DNA of 63,535 nucleotides, filler included, from Folioceros fuciformis (GCA_049999805.1; 4 parts of 4 records of this genome joined end to end with filler, not necessarily neighbours in it); one strand, 5' to 3'; positions 22,888 through 35,539 are shown, counted from the whole stretch's first letter. The notes: generated by a model not told the origin, from the sequence alone. Numbers and translations are program-made.

Positions 22888-25800
22888 ATGAGGGACTCCA
22901 AGAAGGACGACGATGTGGAGATGGTGGATGCCTTTCCCTCGCAGTTCTCTCCGGTCTCGGACATAAATTCGGTATTGGACCAGCTACCCTTCGTAGGTTC
23001 CCAGCAGCCAGTGCTGCCACCGGTGTCCAAGAGCAGGTTTGAGCCCAAGGTGAAAGCACGGCCCCAAGCCCGTGGGAAAGGAGCTCAACCTGCACGACAA
23101 CAGCCCGCAAATAATGCAGCAGCAGCTGCTGCTGCTGCTACTTCCAGGCCAGCGTCCACCGCAGACCCCGCTCCTCGAGTTCTCTCCCAAACAGCACCGT
23201 CTGTTGTTTTGAAGCAGGAGCCTGGGCTTGAAATTATCAATGAACTAAAGGCTGAGGATGTTAAACCTGAGCCTGCAACAGAGAATGGTTTCTGCGGCAA
23301 TGATACCACGCGTACTGCCAAGGAGGAGGCAGGACTGGTGTCAACCAGCGGAGAACCTAAACCTGCAGTGGATGGAAGCAGCAGTGTGTTTCCCGAGGTT
23401 GTTGCAAAAGAGGAAGAGGTTTGGAAAGATGCGAGACTCGACGATGGTGAGGACCAGGTGGTGAGAGAATTCGACGTCTATCTCCGCCCATCTGTGGATA
23501 AGGACACTAAGGTTCGCCTTCTTGAAATTGCAAGCTGAAAATCTTATACTTTTTCTTATCTGATTGCAATTAAGGGTCCTGAATCTCACACCTGATGGCT
23601 TCCGGATTCTGACATGGATGGATCGTATATTCATCGTTTGAAAGTTCTGCGCTCACGCTTGCTTGTTGCTTGCAGTTGTACCTGCTGCAATATCCCCTTC
23701 GACCATCGTGGCGACCATACGGCCTGGAGGAAAGATGCGAGCAGGTTGGGTCGTTAATACGTTGAAGTAGACAGTTTGTGATGGACGGCCCCAGTGGCCC
23801 AGTAGTCTGTTTGTCTTCTCAGTTTTTCCTCAGGCTGGCATGGTCCGAAACACGATGCAGGTGCGAGTCAAGCCAAATTTAGCAAAAATTGAGCTAGACC
23901 TGCTGATGGAAACGGAGGGAGAAAATTACGACCCTGATGTTTCAGCCCACTTGAAAATAAAAAAGCAGGTTGGACAGAAATCTCTTATCCATTGAACGTA
24001 CTCCCCTCTCCAAAGTATTTTCTTTGTCAGAAACCTTTGACCGGCTGCCTGTTTGGACCATGCTGGACTGTGCACTGATGTCAATGTTTTGGGTGTTGGA
24101 TTGTGTGTTGATCGTGTTTGCTTGATGTGCTGTTTCAAACAGAAACTTTCATCTAGTCTACCCCATCTATCCACAAACTATGCAGTTGGCATCTTTCGAG
24201 GCCACAAGGTAATGCTAGAAAATCTTCCCTGCAAATGGTCGCTACCTGTGCACTTGTCTTTGCAACTGGCTGTTTTGCATGTTTGGTTGAGATGATTTTT
24301 CTCTAATCACCGCACACTCGGAAGAGTATTGCTATGCACTTCTGCCTGCGCAACTTGCAAGCAAGCTTCCAGTTATGTAACTGCCTTTCTCTCTTTCAGC
24401 TTCATTTGAATCCCCTACATGCTATAGTCCAGCTACGTCCATCGATGGCATATCTAGATGAAGCTGATGCATCAACAAAAAAATCGGTTGTCAGTGATGA
24501 TGGGGATGAAAAGATGGTAGACGCGGAGGAGCCTTCAGAAGAAACTAGCGATCTAGTTGCCATGCAGGCAAGCTCGTGGACCTCATTTGTTTTAGATAAC
24601 TGGGGATTTCTTCCTGGATGCAAAGGGGCCGCAACCTTTTGGTGATTGCTGATTAGTGATCGTTGGCTTTCCACCTGCATGCTGACCAGGTGTTTGCCTT
24701 TGACAAGAATCTTGATGCGTGCACAGGTGACAGTTAGGAAGCGAGAGACGGAGAGACAAGAAGAGATGAGGTTACATTCGTATGAACATCTAAAGAAAAT
24801 GGAGGCGCAAGAGGTCGGCAGAAGATGTTGGTTTTTGTCACCACTGCAGTTTGCCGGGTTGTATTGGTTCTTGAGAGTGACTATGTCATAAAATGAGATG
24901 GACTATTGTGCAGGCTTGGGTAACGCTGGAACCACACGGCAGAGAGAGCCCTGTAACTGTTGATGTCATACAAAAGATGAAGTCGTCTGAGGGCAGCTCT
25001 ATCTCCTTCAATATGTCCTCGTAAGTTCAGAAATCCACTCAGAAGTATTTTGGAGGAATGTATTATGATTCTGAAAGCCAAAGCCATCTGTAGCTAATGG
25101 GTTTGCTTTTCGGCATCACAGTACGGAGTATTTGAAAACACTCGTGCCAGGGCGTGCAAGCTCAGCTGCAGTGGAGGCTTTAACTGGGGATGGATCTGGC
25201 AATGCCGGGCTGTCAAGAAGGTGAGCTGTGCACTTGCAGCTGATCAATGAGGGTGTACCACTCAGTTAGTTTACATTTTTTTGTGTATTGAAAGGCTAGC
25301 TGCTCTTTGCGCATCGTCCTCAATCCGTTTGTTATGGTTCGACTGGTGCAGCTTTTTGGACACCCTTCCTCTCAAAGAAAGGTTGGAGACTGTCCTGTCA
25401 AAGGTGAGTGTTGATTTATCTACTGATTCCAGGTAATGTATAATCTTAGAAGCAGAAAGGTTAATGTTGAGAGTGTTTGACAACATGAAATGTGGCCTTG
25501 ATTCAGGGCCGGGTCGATGTGCTACAGTTTGATAGGCTGATGAAACTGGCCCCTCCAGGCTGTTTGGAACAAGATATTCTTCAGATACTCGAGAAGAAAG
25601 CCATGCTGGTGCAAGGCTGCTGGGTGGCGCGTAGTCTTTTACGTTACAAAGGCCGACCTGACCTGACTTGCATATCTCGGGTCCGAGACTATATTTTGTT
25701 ACTGTTCACAAAAAACCGTGTTGTCACCCATCAGCAGCTGGATGAGATAAAAGTTCCAAAAGAGATGTTGCGGGAGGTTCTTCTGCCACTTGCCGTTCAG

Positions 25801-26966
25801 AGAGGAGCGGCTGCAGGGTGGGAGTTTCAAGAAAGCACTGACAAGTCATTTCTGAAGCGTCATCAAGCAGTTGCCAAACAAGCTGCTCAAAATTGGGCTG
25901 CGGCAGAGGAGGAGGTCAAGCGGAGAGCAATGAGCCTGAACATTGCAAGCATGGAGGAGGCTCGGAGCGCAGGAGCAGAAACAGTGTCTGGAGTGGATAA
26001 TACCTCAGGTGTGCTGGTCTCCAGCAGTGGTCCTGCAGGAGCTGTTAGAGCTCAAAGGAGTGCAGTTCCGGCACCGAAATCCACAGTGAAGGATAGGCTG
26101 GCAGAGGCTAGAGGTATTTTAGAAGCTAAAAATGCAGCACAAGGTGGAGAGGCGATTCCTCGGACCATGTCAGAAGCCACGGTAGCGGCATTGCCAGAAG
26201 CTTTGAAGGAGATATTTGGCAAGCACAGCGTTTGCAGGTTTGTTGCTCTCTCGGGAATCTGGTTGCCATGAGTTTGTGCAGAAGCTGGGTCTCCTAACTC
26301 AGCCATCGTGGCTCCATCTTGTTAGCTTGCTGTTTTTACGCCAGAGCTTGCGTGAAATGGCCATCACAAAATCAGCATCGAAGAGTAACCCCAAGGCAGC
26401 AGCTGCTGCTGTGGCTGCCGCGGATGGTGCCAATGCACCCCAGAAGGAGTTGGAAGCTGAAGTGAGCAAAGTGGCAGGACGCATTGAGAATGTTTACTTC
26501 CTGGCTTCACTGGGCAACTCCCAAATCGATCCCTTCCGGTGAGCCGCACTCGGTGAATCCTTGTTTGATTGGGTCTCTCTGTTCTGCCCGCGTCGTGTCG
26601 TGTCGTGTCGTGTCGTGCCTCTGCATGTGCGTGCCTGTGTGTGGGTTGGAAGCATCTTATCAAAGCGGGTGTGGCACCTAGGGAGTGCGTTATTCAGCTT
26701 CTTCGCACCAAAGGCACTTCAGGTGGGGGCCTGAGAAAGCAGGATGTGATGGAAGCGTCGAAGCTGGTGTGCAAACGGGAATGCCCATCTCAAACTTACT
26801 CTAAGGTCTGTCACTTTCATGTTTTAGCATGGCTCACTTGGCATCATGTGCACATTGGTGATAATAGACGCGTGGTTCTGCGGGGAATGAGCAGATCATG
26901 AAGGAGCTTTGCTACAGCAAAGGAGGCACGTGGATCCTTAAGCCAGGCGACGGAAGGCCCACTTGA
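22888..26966 (+). CDS. RPC5: RNA polymerase III subunit RPC5 (Sin-like), multi-exon
   Basis: VVREFDVYL, LYLLQYPLRPSWRPY, VRVKP, YAVGIFRGHKLHLNPLHAIVQLRPSM and LVQGCWV of the Sin_N family. First exons 22888-23511, 23676-23744 and 23861-23968; ends ...GGTWILKPGDGRPT* at 26966. Confidence 0.92.
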
Positions 26967-29619
26967 GCAGCAATAGCAACCTTATTGGGCAGTTGTGACT
27001 GCTGCACGGCGCGGTAGGCGTGCATCGAGTCTGGACGTGCAACATACAGTACTTGGGCGTAATTCCTTCAGAGACTAATTCCTAGATAGGAGGTTTTGTC
27101 TCATGCTAAAAATTGTTTCATTGTACAGCTGGCTGGTTGGCTGGCTGTGGAGTAGTTTCCCCGTGAGTGTGGCATCCCCAAGCCACAGCCTGTGTACGAT
27201 GTAAAATTGGGTCTTGGCACCAATCAGGGATCAACATTAGCATTCACCGCATGCACACGTGTCTCTCGGATCATCTATGGAGCGCCGGTTTTTTCGGGTG
27301 GCAGGACGTTGTTTTTGAGCCCCCTTCTTTTAATTTGTTCCCTTGGGAATTGCAGAATCTGGGCGATCTGGTTGGTCTGTCTGACGGACAGCATGATGCA
27401 CACGCAAGTGCCAGGCTAGGAGACGAGACGGACAGGCCAGGGCAGGGCAGGGCGGGGCAGCTCGCCCATCAGTGCAGTGCAAACACTGCATTGCGTTCCA
27501 GTGTGGCTGAGAGCTTCATCATCACGAAACGCATTTGTCCGGGTGTGGGAGGAAACGACGGGCAGCGACGGGGCGCGTGCCGTGCCGTGCCGTGGGCCTG
27601 CTCACGTTGCTTCGCTTTTGGCTTCGTTGATTGGGAGTCGACTCTTGAAACCAGAGTCTGGATGGGGTCCTGGGACGCGGATCCTGGAGCCTGTGCCGGG
27701 CCGGGCCCATGTTCGACATCCAGCTCTCTATGTGTCCAGCCCCGCTGGTCCATCCACAGCCGGTGGCGATGAACGGTTTAGCGGTGAGCGGAACGGGATC
27801 CGTTCACGAAGTCGCCGCTGCTCATGTCGCACCAAGGTGAGAGACGGACGGCCATTGGTCCCTCGCTTTACTCTGCTGCCGTGCTGTCAGAGGCAGATCC
27901 CGCAGCTGGCGCCGATTCGCGCGCAGTAGAAGGCCCTGCCACTCTGCCCACACTTGATGGAGCCTGCTGGAGTCCTGCTGCATCGCTGCTACTGCTCCCG
28001 GGTGCGAGCCTGCGAGAGGGCAGCCTCCTCTCAGGCCAGGTTTACACTAGGGTGGTCATGACCACCCTGTCAGGAAATGGAGAGGCGGGATTGGGTGGTG
28101 CGTAAACCCCTTGTACACTGCACGGTCATGCCATTGTGACACGGCAGCTTCTCTCACTTCTGAAACTTGTCCATAGCTACCGGCTGAAAGGGCCGGTACC
28201 TACTGACACACAGGTCCGTTTTAGTACCCCGTTCACACGCAATTCATTTTATTACTTCAACAGCCCGCAAAACATACTTCTTCCTCAAACCAGCTTCATG
28301 CACTTCGTTTTGCTTAAGCAAGTTTCCCGCCGGTCTTCCACAAAGCTCTGCTATGCGCTTGGTTTTGCTTAACCGAGAAAGACATGCATCCGACATGACC
28401 GTCCTTATCTTTGTCTCCCACTAGTCTCCAGCAATTCCTTATGCAAAGCCATTGATGCAGTAGGGTAGAGAACAAATCTCGGGAGCACACAAACACACTC
28501 AGAGCTAATAAAATCTTCTCTCTACGGCCATTCTGCAACGTTGCCAATTCTGTGTCCTCGTGGTTAGGTTGTGGCCTCAACCCTAAATTGGTCTACCAGC
28601 GAGAATGATTGTCAAGGTAGCGGGGTTGAGCACAATTGAGTGGCAAGTTTGTTCACGACTTGTAATTAATGGATTATAACAAAGATGAGATTGCCAGGAA
28701 CGGGATGTCACAAAATAGAGTTCGACCGGTCAAGTGTACAACCACATCTCTATAAAATCCTAGTCACCTTGTGTCAGAGTCATAACCGGCCGGTGGGCAG
28801 TGCTTCGTGGCACTCACAGCCCGGTCATAGTGTAAACCCGCGCCCTCACTCTGTGTTGGAGTGCGAGGAGTGCCAGGAGTGTGAGTGCTCGTGGGAGCCA
28901 CAGTGAACCCCCACCCCCGGCCCGGGTCCCTTCCGGCCCCGGAGCCACCTCCGCAAGCCCTTCCTCCCTCGCGCCATGCTCCCGCCTCACGCCGTCTCTC
29001 GAGGCTACTCTAGGAACCGCGAGTATGTCATTCACGACAGCCCCGCCTCTACCTGCGCCGCTGTCAAACGCTCCCGCTGCGTGATCCCGTCGCAGCAACA
29101 TTATCGCCAGCGACTGCATCAGCGGCAGCAACGACATCAGCGGCATCACCAGGAGCTGGAGCAGGAGCAGGAGCAAGGCGGAGAGCAGCATCAGGGGAGG
29201 CCGCAGATTGATGGATCTGGCAGGCGCCGCGGGTGCTGGGAAAGCAGCCCCGGACGCCAGGCGGCTCAGCGTAGTGCAGTGCGGGAGGTACAGGTGCGAG
29301 GTGAGGTCGCGGCCGCAGTGAGCTGATTCTCCATCTGCTCGCGCGCTCTCTAGGGAAGCATGGCCGCGGCACTGCTGCATTAGACTGCCATGGGGTAGCC
29401 ACTACGCGCCTCGGATCGCGACTTGTTCTGCGTAGGGTAATTGGATCGAAATTGCTGTACCCATCCGGCACCAAAGCAAGGGGATCGATTAGAGTGTATG
29501 TACATTCTTTCCCACAAGCAAGCAGCAGCAGTTGTAGTAGGGCAGGGTCAGGCTGGGTTGGGAGGCAGGCAGGTAGTAGGTAGGTTGGTAGAAAGAAGGG
29601 ACCCGGTAGGTTGGTGGGG

Positions 29620-30695
29620 ATGGGGAAGGGGGTGACCTTGCCGTCCTCTGAGGAGGAGGAGGAGGACGCTGCGCAAGGGAGTCGTTGCTGGCGATGGCTC
29701 AAGGATTCGAGGGTATGCAGGAAATCGACGGTGAAATGGGTGGTGGCGATGGTGGTGAGCATCCAGCTGCTGGTGTTCGCGGTTCTGTCGTTGCCGGGGT
29801 TGCACAGGCAGGGGAGGGCGGAGACGGGATCGGCCACCCCGAGCTTCCAGCCACAGGTGCTGGCCACCTTCGAGCTGCAGCTGCCGGCTAGCCGGCTGAA
29901 CGCGAGCTTGGCGGAGCTGCAGCGGGACCTGGAGATGGAGATTGGCGTGAACCAGTCGCTGCAGCTGCAGCTCTCCATCATCAAGGTCGACCAGACCGGG
30001 GGCGGGGGGGACAACTCCACGGTCACCTTCGCCGTGCAGCCGGCGTCCGGGTCCGGGATCGGAGCGCCGGGGATCGACCAGCTCCGCGCGGTGCTCGTCA
30101 GCATCTTTCTCAACGAGACCCGGCTCAACATTACGCTCGGCAGCACTGACTTCGGACAGGCGGAGGCGTCGGAGTTCCAGATCCTCCGCTTCCCGGGAGG
30201 GCTCACCATCTGGCCGGACCGGGCCGGGTCCGGCGCCGATCCCGGCTCCACCTCCGTGGGGCTCTTCAACTTCACGCTAGCCAGGAGCATGGTGAGCATC
30301 GTGCGTAACTTTCACGACCTGCAGGCGCAGATCTCCAGCTTCACTCGGGTCGGGGCGAAGGAGATGGTTGTCATCGAGCTCACCAATGAGGCGGGCTCCA
30401 CGGTGCGCTCCCCGGTGGTGGTGCAGGTGTCGGTGGCGTCGGTCATCCCCGGGAAGCCTTTGCCGCAGACGAGGCTGGACCAGCTGGCGCAGCAGCTAGT
30501 GGATCGCTCCAAAGCCTCCAACCTGGGGCTCAATCTGTCCCTGTTCGGGGATGTGCAAGGCTTCAACCTGTCCTATGCACTTGTAAAGCATCTTGTACCG
30601 GCGCCGGCTCCAAGCCCTGGACCTGCTGCTCCGCCCCTCCCCCGAGCTCCTCCTTCTCCCAGGCCTCGGAAGCCTGCTCCTCCTCCCCCTGCTCC
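29620..30695 (+). CDS. Membrane-anchored DUF7036-like / proline-rich glycoprotein family protein, 3' end lost in gap
   Basis: N-terminal TM segment, ATFELQLPASRL, ILRFPGGLTI, NEAGSTVRSPVVVQVSV and NLGLNLSLFGDV, then a PAPAPSP-rich region running into Ns. Confidence 0.75.
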
Positions 30696-30795
30696 NNNNN
30701 NNNNNNNNNNNNNNNNNNNNNNNNNNNNNNNNNNNNNNNTTAATTAATTAANNNNNNNNNNNNNNNNNNNNNNNNNNNNNNNNNNNNNNNNNNNN
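30696..30795. other. 100-bp assembly gap with artificial TTAATTAATTAA linker
   Basis: 44 N + TTAATTAATTAA (30740-30751) + 44 N. The same construct occurs at two other gaps. Confidence 0.95.
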
Positions 30796-31251
30796 CGATG
30801 AGCCATTGTGGCGGCTCCCGCTCTCATTACACGACCGGCTGACCGCTGCCAATCCCGTCCTGCTTGTAGAACTGTCAAAACCCGTCACCTACCAGTCGAA
30901 ACCCTAAACTGGCCTGCATGTGGCCATGTGGTGAACATACGCATGCATGCACGGGTTTCCCCCATGGAGAAACTGAGTCTCCTTTCATATTACATGTTGT
31001 TGCTCTAAGTTGGGCTCGCACAACTCACCGGACCTGGGGAGAACTCTTCCTGTGCATGACAATACGCCATGTTCTGTGGGAATGTGGGTGGCTCTTTGAT
31101 GCAGCTCAGCTCGGGCATTTGGCATTGTTCTGATAGTTGGTGCTTGACGCTTTTATCAAAGCAATTCATTCCAGGTTGTCACGGATGGCGATAGCAACCT
31201 TATGTGATGTAGGGTAGTGAATTCTGGTTGTTTTCTGCTTCAAAGCATATA

Positions 31252-32532
31252 ATGTCTGCGAGGATGAATTTGTACGTGTTTGTCTGGTGCACGTTACTAC
31301 GATTGGTTTGGAGCAGGAGGGAAGCATCGAGGTTGCCTTTTCTGCTTAGGGAGGGGGAGAAGGAATGGGATACTTCAGTATGGGGTCAGCAGATGCTTGT
31401 AGGGAGGCTACGTTTGGACAATGGACTGGCTCGGACTCCGCCGATGGGATGGAACAGTTGGAACCACTTCGGGTGTAAGATTGACGAAGCCATGGTGAAG
31501 GAGACCGCTGACGCCCTGGTTGATTCGGGCCTGGCAGAGCTCGGGTATGTGTATCTCAACGTGGACGACTGCTGGGCTGCGTGGGAGCGGGGCGCGCATG
31601 GTGAGCTTGTGTCCCGGCCAGATACCTTTCCGTCCGGGATGGAAGCGCTGGCGGACTACGCTCACGGGCTGGGGCTCAAATTTGGGATCTACTCTGATGC
31701 CGGGTTCTACACCTGCCAGCGGCAGCCAGGTTCTCTAGGGTTTGAGGAGCAGGATGCCGCACTGTTTGCGTCTTGGAAGATTGACTACCTGAAGTACGAC
31801 AACTGCTACACGGACGGCAGCGAGCCAGAAGTGCGATACCCGGTGATGCGGGATGCTTTGAACAAGACGGGCCGGCCCGTTCTCTTCTCCTTGTGCGAGT
31901 GGGGTGTGGATGACCCGGCGGAGTGGGCGGAGGGTGTGGGGAACACTTGGAGGACTACCGGAGACATTGAAGACCGGTGGGAGAGCATGGTGGACATCGC
32001 TCACCAGAACGACCGCTGGGCTGCGTTTGCTGGGCCTGGAGGGTGGAATGATCCGGACATGCTGGAGGTAGGGAATGGGAGAATGAACTTGGAAGAGTAC
32101 CGGTCGCACTTCAGCTTGTGGGCAATGATGAAGGCACCCCTACTAATTGGGGGAGACCTCAGAACCATGACCGGTGAGTACCTGGCAATTCTGAGCAACA
32201 GGGAAGTGATAGCCGTGAACCAGGATCCTCTAGGGGTGCAGGGACGTAGGGTGAGCCTGCAGGAAGAGACGGGGCTGGAGGTGTGGGCAGGGCCTCTCTC
32301 AGAGGGCCGGGTGGCAATTTTGCTCTGGAATCGAAGCCTGCTGCCTGCTGCTATGAGTGTGTCGTGGCAGGACCTGGGTATCGAGCACTGCCAATCAGCT
32401 GTTGTTCGGGATTTGTGGGAGCACAGGGACATCGAAATTGACGACTTGACGCTCATCCAGGCACTCGTGGGAAGCCATGGAGTGAAGATGTACACAGTGC
32501 GTCCCATCTGGCGCCAGGTCCCGTCCATCTGA
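31252..32532 (+). CDS. AGAL: Alpha-galactosidase, glycoside hydrolase family 27, intronless
   Basis: NGLARTPPMGWNSWNHF, YLNVDDCW, IDYLKYDNC (nucleophile Asp), WRTTGDI (acid/base Asp) and GGWNDPDMLEVGN. Signal-peptide-like N-terminus. Confidence 0.95.
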   Translation: MSARMNLYVFVWCTLLRLVWSRREASRLPFLLREGEKEWDTSVWGQQMLVGRLRLDNGLARTPPMGWNSWNHFGCKIDEAMVKETADALVDSGLAELGYVYLNVDDCWAAWERGAHGELVSRPDTFPSGMEALADYAHGLGLKFGIYSDAGFYTCQRQPGSLGFEEQDAALFASWKIDYLKYDNCYTDGSEPEVRYPVMRDALNKTGRPVLFSLCEWGVDDPAEWAEGVGNTWRTTGDIEDRWESMVDIAHQNDRWAAFAGPGGWNDPDMLEVGNGRMNLEEYRSHFSLWAMMKAPLLIGGDLRTMTGEYLAILSNREVIAVNQDPLGVQGRRVSLQEETGLEVWAGPLSEGRVAILLWNRSLLPAAMSVSWQDLGIEHCQSAVVRDLWEHRDIEIDDLTLIQALVGSHGVKMYTVRPIWRQVPSI

Positions 32533-33329
32533 CCGAGAAAGGTTACTTTTTGCTCTTTGTTGCTACTAGCAGCGAAGTGCTCTCAGGGAAGGCAACATTT
32601 CTAGTTCTGAGGTTCGTCGAACTTCTTTCAGGTGAATAAAATTAACAAGATGGGGGAACGCAACTACCCTAAAGAGGTGAGACTTACCACCGAAAGGTGA
32701 CCGGGCCAGCGGGGGCTAGCCCCCTGGGAATCAGATAATGAAAAGTAGCAGCATCATTGTCATTACTATTATTATAACAAACCCGTCAGCAGTCTTTTGC
32801 ACTACACCACATGACATTTCACAATGCTGACATTGACGTTGTGCCCTTTAGGGATGTCACACAGCAGGAGCCAAGGACAAGCACCGACGGCAAGGCGGAC
32901 CTCTTGGTCTAGGCATGGAAAAGGTGCAAGATTTGATTTTTCGTAAACGGTGGAACTAAAGTTTGGAACGGGTATCACAGGCTGTATTCTGGAATGCTTT
33001 GTCTCAAACCTGGAAGCGGGGTTCACTTAACGACATACCACATGAGGGCCCGAGGGGCCTTCGGGCCAAGAGGAGGATACCGGGGACTGTCGAGAATGTA
33101 TTCACTGCACCCTTGACTGCGAAGATGACGTTTCTACAAGGAGAAGAGTTGGAAGCAGCCAGCTCCAATCGTCATACTCCTTACAGCACACCAGGTCCTT
33201 GTAACTTCGCTTGGTTTCGGTTTCTATGCATTTTGGAATGATGAGTAATATTCCCGCATTGTAGTTCATTAGCTTCCCTCATTGTAGTTCATTAGCTTCA
33301 GCTCGCAAACAGAACTATATCTTACAGGT

Positions 33330-33592
33330 GCAAAACTGCTCAACGTCAAAAAGTCATGAGTCCAAAAGATCGAAAACTGAGGTAAGGTGAAGAAGTCGTA
33401 AGTTCCACAGGCAGAAGACTGAGCAAGGTCAAGAAGCCATAAATTCAACAGGCAGAAAACTGAGCAAGGTCAAGAAGTCATGAGATCGAAAGGTAAAAGG
33501 CTGAGTAAGGTCAAGAAGTATTAAGTTCAGCAGGTAGAAAGGTTAAGCTATAAGTTCAACAAGGAGAAAACTGAGCAAGGTCGAGAAGCCAT
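33330..33592. repeat. Degenerate ~41-bp tandem repeat, about 6 copies
   Basis: Variants of aaaactgagcaaggtcaagaagtcataagttcaacaggcag recur at ~33332, 33373, 33415, 33456, 33496 and 33567. Confidence 0.8.
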
Positions 33593-34169
33593 AGAATGGT
33601 CCTCCCTTCCTAGAGTGACATGAAGCAGTTCATTTTTATCTGTGTTAGTTACAGCAAACTAAGAAGGGATACTTTACTACGAAAGAAAGAAATGACAAAC
33701 CTATCTACCTATCTGTCTGATTATTCAGGTGTCTGCTTCTTTTAAGTCGCAGTTTGGAGAGCGTAAACATCACATCTCTCGTTCTGTTGCGCCGAAGCCT
33801 GAGCGATACGATGGTGTTGGTAGCTTGGATATTGCAATGCAGAAACGAGACTCAAACGTGATAAAACAGGCAAGGGCTCTAGCTACACCCTGAGCCAAAC
33901 GAAATCTCTATAATATCGAGTCGAAGGAACGACTGGGTGCTTTTCGTGTAGGTGATGGCAATGACTCCAGTCTAAACAACCAGCTTTTTAAGCCAGCAAA
34001 AATGTCAGCTTTTAAAGGGAAAAGAAGACTTTATTAGAAAAGTAAATAGAAAACCCCATCCACCCAAGAGAGAAGCAAGTTGTCATGTTCAGGCCCTGGG
34101 AATTGCCAGTAAGGTGTCACCATACCATCAAATAAAACCATGAAGAAACAATGACTCGATGGGGAAGGT

Positions 34170-34435
34170 GGGAACTCGGTGCACCTTGGGACTGCGGAGA
34201 ACGCGTTCCCAACCGCGTTTTGAGTCAAGGACATGACGACGGTCTAGATGGTGGATCCCACCTGCCTTCCATGTGAAGGATGGAAGCTTCAAGCAACAGC
34301 AGTGTAGCAGGGTCTGACTGGATGGGGAAGACGGGGACTCGGTGCAACTTGGGACTGTGTTGGACGCTTTGTCCCAACCGCGTTTTGAGCCAAAGAGATG
34401 ACGACGGGCTAGCTGGTGGATCCCACGTGCCTTCC
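34170..34435. repeat. Imperfect ~100-bp direct duplication
   Basis: actcggtgca..ttgggactg...tcccaaccgcgttttgag...atgacgacgg...tggtggatccca...tgccttcc occurs at ~34170-34270 and again at ~34334-34435. Confidence 0.85.
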
Positions 34436-35539
34436 TTGTGAGTCAAGCAACAGGAGTGTAGCACGGACTCAGAGGGATAAGCAGCAGCCACTCCGTGATG
34501 CCCACCCAGCCACTTGATATTTTAGCATGTGCAAGTGGCTCATTCACTGAGGTGATATCCACTCGTTACAGACGATACGAATAAAGAAGCGAGGCTTCAA
34601 TATAAGTCCTCTCATCTGACTAACAACGAAGTCCCTCGAGATTTTTGTGACTAGCTTCGAGTGTGTGCGCTCCCAGTTCTGAACTTGCGGCTTGCTGCAT
34701 CTGCTGCAAAGGGATTACACCCACATCAGATCTGGTGTGTCGGGAAGTACTGGTAGTGCAGCGCAGCGTGGCCAGGAGGAGGAGGACTGGCACTCTCTGC
34801 CGGCTAAGCAGCTGCTTGTAGATCTGCAAGGCAATGGCTTGTCCCAACGCTGGCTACTTCATAGAGGGAAGGGATAGCCTGCTTCTCCCAAGCCAGGAGT
34901 GTGTGTGCTGTGAGCTGTGACCTGGGGACTTTGCTGCCCTGTCACAAAGAGATTATGCACACTTCATGTTTGCTGCATTGCACAGCTTAGCACTGCTTAG
35001 CATAGCGTAGCTCAGCATAGCATGGCGAAGGAGGAGGAGCACAATTGGCGCACGCTGCTGACTAAGCTGAACCCGCTACTGGTAGATCTGGGCCGGAATG
35101 CGTTGTCCCGCTCCGTAACCTTGAGGAGGATGACAACGGCGGCTACTTCACAATGCGAAGAGGAAGTTTGCGTGATGAGGACCCGAAGCGCTGGCCAGTG
35201 CGCAAGCGGGTGTTGCAATCCATTGCCAAATGTCGCAGTCTCGGCCCCATGCTATCTCCTCGACCAGACGGGCAAATCAGCTTGGTTTCTTGACCCGAGC
35301 AGCAAATCAGCTTGGTTCGGGACGCTGAAGTGTCGGTTCTGTTGGGGAGCTTGGCATCCAACCCCTTCCTCAAAGTGGATGTGTCGGAATGTCCTGGTTT
35401 TGGGAGGAGGACGGCTTGCAAGGCTGGGGCCAGCTCATTGCTTCTAGTCGAAGCTTGCAGAGGCGGGGAGCAGGGTCCATTGGGCTTGATGCACGAGATT
35501 GGGATGCATCAACACTAGGCGTTGGGCTTATACACCAGA

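Noticed and set aside
27100-28110. Several overlapping ORFs downstream of RPC5
   Set aside because: No recognisable domain or consistent exon structure; contains simple pentamer repeats.
28920-28950. CLE-like peptides (RVPSGP on plus, EVAPGP on minus)
   Set aside because: They lack the P-x-H-N/H ending and the C-terminal position; the plus-strand ORF has no signal peptide.
29064-30299. Long antisense ORFs (also 2498-3547, 7752-8804, 5555-6391)
   Set aside because: Shadows of GC-rich sense genes with no recognisable motifs.
30740-30751. TTAATTAATTAA as a biological motif
   Set aside because: Centred in identical 100-bp N blocks three times; an assembly linker.
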